Origin: Antedon mediterranea
Taxonomy: Eukaryota > Animalia > Echinodermata
DNA length: 64,000 bases
Assembly (NCBI RefSeq): GCF_964355755.1
Contig: NC_092672.1
Location: 32,494,437-32,558,436 of the forward strand
Direction: 5' to 3'
Shown in pieces: positions 61,438 through 64,000 of this stretch. Numbering within the stretch: the first letter of the stretch is position 1; each line of letters begins with the position of its first letter. A model generated the notes under the pieces. The model was not told the DNA's origin. It did no database searches and was given only the letters and a program-made list of their open reading frames with translations. A program made the translations under genes and the position numbers.

Positions 61438-64000
61438 GAGAGCCAGTCACTAAAAATCAAACATTAGGTGGCAAGGGTCAAAATTTCGAATTGGCTCATA
61501 TTTTGCACATTGGTAGACCTTGATGTAAGTAAACCTGATGTGTAGATTGTTTGGTAAAATATTGCTTAGTTTTCGAGAAAATCGAAAAATAACGATTTTC
61601 GGCCAATTTTGTTAATTTTTGGTGTATAATTTACATTAATTTTAACAGCCCCTTGAAGCCAAACGTAGCAACCTAGCGTTTTAATATTTTACACTTACGT
61701 TAACTAGCATCTTGACAATAATTTAGTAAAGTTTCAAAAAATGTTATGAAATTTTAAGATTTTGACTAATTAATTACTAATTAGCATATATAAAACTCTT
61801 AAAAAGTAGGGTAAAAACAGACGCGTTTTTTTTCATGTGCGACGAATTTTTTTTAAATAAAAAAGTCATCAATCTAAAGTTTAGATACTAATATTTATGA
61901 GTCAAGTAAAAAAAAATTGGGGAAACTATTTTCCGCTCCGCGCCAGAGCCACAAAGTTGTAAGAAATTCAAAGATTTTATCTGTCGGCAAGATCAATCAG
62001 ATGTACCTATTGTTCTCTATTTAGCAATCCAAGTGGCTTTAAGCCAAACTTTTATTATGAGAAACAAACTTGAAAGATAAATTTTGAATTAAGTTGTAAT
62101 TTAAACACAAACTAAAAATACGTTTCTGGTAAAATTTCAATTACTAACCAATACGAAATTAAGCAATTAACTAAAAATCACTCGCTTATTCTTTGTCAAA
62201 CCACATTATTATAAATTATTCCATCCTCTCATAGTTTATAGGATAAAACTGAAAAACAAATTTCTTTTAACTTGTTATCGTTTTCCTGTTTGTCGAACCT
62301 GGTCGAACTTACTCAACCAGAATGTTTCAAAACATTAACCACAGTAGACAAAACACTTTACTGCGTATATTCGATAGATAACGATATCTTCATTGACGTT
62401 GACAACGGAACTGATTTGTTATCCATTTTAGTTTATGTTTTACAATGTAAAGACGTGTTGAAAATAATTCTTATATATAAGAAAACAAACAAAATGGAGA
62501 TTTCATGTTCTTTTAAATCGGTTGTCGGCGAAGCTTGTGGATTCGATAGAAAAGACCGCAAACAGAGCACTGAAGTCCTACCTTTACAAGCATGCCAGAA
62601 GGAAATCTCTGCACACAGATACATGTTTAGGTTTACGGGCATCGATAGTGAGTGGTACTATTTGTGCAGCAGGAAAATGGAAAGGCGTGAGTCACATCAA
62701 CAACATAGAGTATGGAAGCAGGTCCATGAAGGTGTGGATGGCGTGTATGCTATTGGTGCAGGACAAAATCTACTTTTGAGTAAATTCTGTGTGCCCTTGA
62801 AGCTACCCAATTCAATTCATAACCAAGATACAACGTCTGATCAAAATAATTCAAGTATCATTTATTGCAGTAAAAGCAAGAATATAATAAGCCAAGACAT
62901 CTCATGAAGAACAAGCGGATATAAACGACGACGACCAAATAGAAAGTGAAGAAAGTCCTGGCACCCCCAGCAAACTGTTCTTTTGTCACGAACAAGGTTG
63001 CATTAGGTCATATCAGAGGTACTCTTCCCTAGAGAAACACTTAGATTATGAAAATCACAAGAACGCACTAGAACATGAAACACTTTATGACAGGGCAATG
63101 AAATTATACGCAACACAACTAGGAGAGAGGGTACTTCTAAAAATCCAGAACCAACAAGAACCAACGATTTGCCAGGGTTTGACATTGGCCCCAAACTGCA
63201 AATGGACTGGGCGTTAAAGTCCTCTGCAAAAACACCCGATTTTCTGTACCACAGAAAACCTACCTTATTGATGTTTCTGACGCTGGAGAGCAGACGGGAC
63301 AGAAAGCTGATCCATGTGATGTCTCACGAGAGATGAGATCGGGGCCAGGCACAGCGATGGTTCACATCTATTTAGCAAGACTGAATTTTTAACAGCACAG
63401 CAGATTGCAAGTTTTTTCTCACACTTGGCTAAAAAAAGGAGGACAGATGCAGTCGTTCATGATGATGATGATGACGAAGATGATGGTGACAAAGTCGAAG
63501 AAAATGGAGATGATTCAAAAACGGAAAAGGAAAGAGAAATTCAACTTTTGTCGCAAACCGTACTGGACACAATAGGCTTGCAGCATCCAATAATGTTTGA
63601 AATGCATAATATTTGTGAACTGAAAGCTCAAGAAAAACTCTCCAGATTCTCTTTGCCAATGTTGCAAGAAATGTGTACTTCTCTTGAACTTGATACCACA
63701 GATATAACCATAAAGCGCAAGAAGCCATACATTGATTTGCTGGGAAAGCTGGTTTCCGTGTGCAGTTGCTCGATTGATTAAGGTAGCAATGAATTCTTTA
63801 AAATAACAATTTAATATGTGGGACGATTCTGTTGTCTAAATTGTTAGTATTTAAAGTCGCGTTCTGTAAATTTTTAATAAAGCGAAGGGCTGAAACAATG
63901 GTTTACAAGTTTACAAACAATAATTTATTGTTTAGGCTACGAATTATTAGGAAATTTCGCACGAGCACATGAACGTTATCGGATGTCACCATTCTACTCA
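61438..64000 (+). mobile_element. Decayed, internally deleted DNA transposon, Sola3-like
   Basis: Starts TTAA|GAGAGCC. Frameshifted protein remnants 62493-63781 (KWKGVSHINNIEY, CHEQGCIRSYQRYSSLEKHLDYENH zinc finger, WALKS, GEQTGQKADP, EFLTAQQIASFFS). Family assignment is from memory of termini and motifs. Confidence 0.55.

Overview
AT-rich, intron- and transposon-rich eukaryotic DNA from a marine invertebrate (echinoderm-like is my inference), not prokaryotic. Two things dominate. (1) 1-18,000, + strand: a tandem array of four paralogous genes for a type I membrane protein (signal peptide, V-type Ig, C2-like Ig, Thr/Ser/Pro stalk, TM, tail). Each has one coding exon, and three keep a short conserved upstream exon. 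Only the copy at 9429-10721 is full length. The others are a stop-split copy that could give a secreted single-Ig protein, a 5'-deleted copy and a tail-less copy, and two short coding fragments are pasted into the spacers. (2) 19,626-61,368, - strand: a multi-exon ARHGEF10/ARHGEF10L-like RhoGEF (acidic N-terminus, DH, PH, beta-propeller). I reconstructed it by hand as 21 frame-consistent GT-AG exons plus 6-nt and 21-nt microexon candidates. Its last exons were not found in the window, which implies the Ig array lies antisense inside an ARHGEF10 intron. The rest is MITEs (Harbinger-, Tc1- and Kolobok-like), SINEs, a truncated Penelope insertion, a decayed Sola3-like transposon and several tandem repeats. 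All alignments and counts were done by eye.
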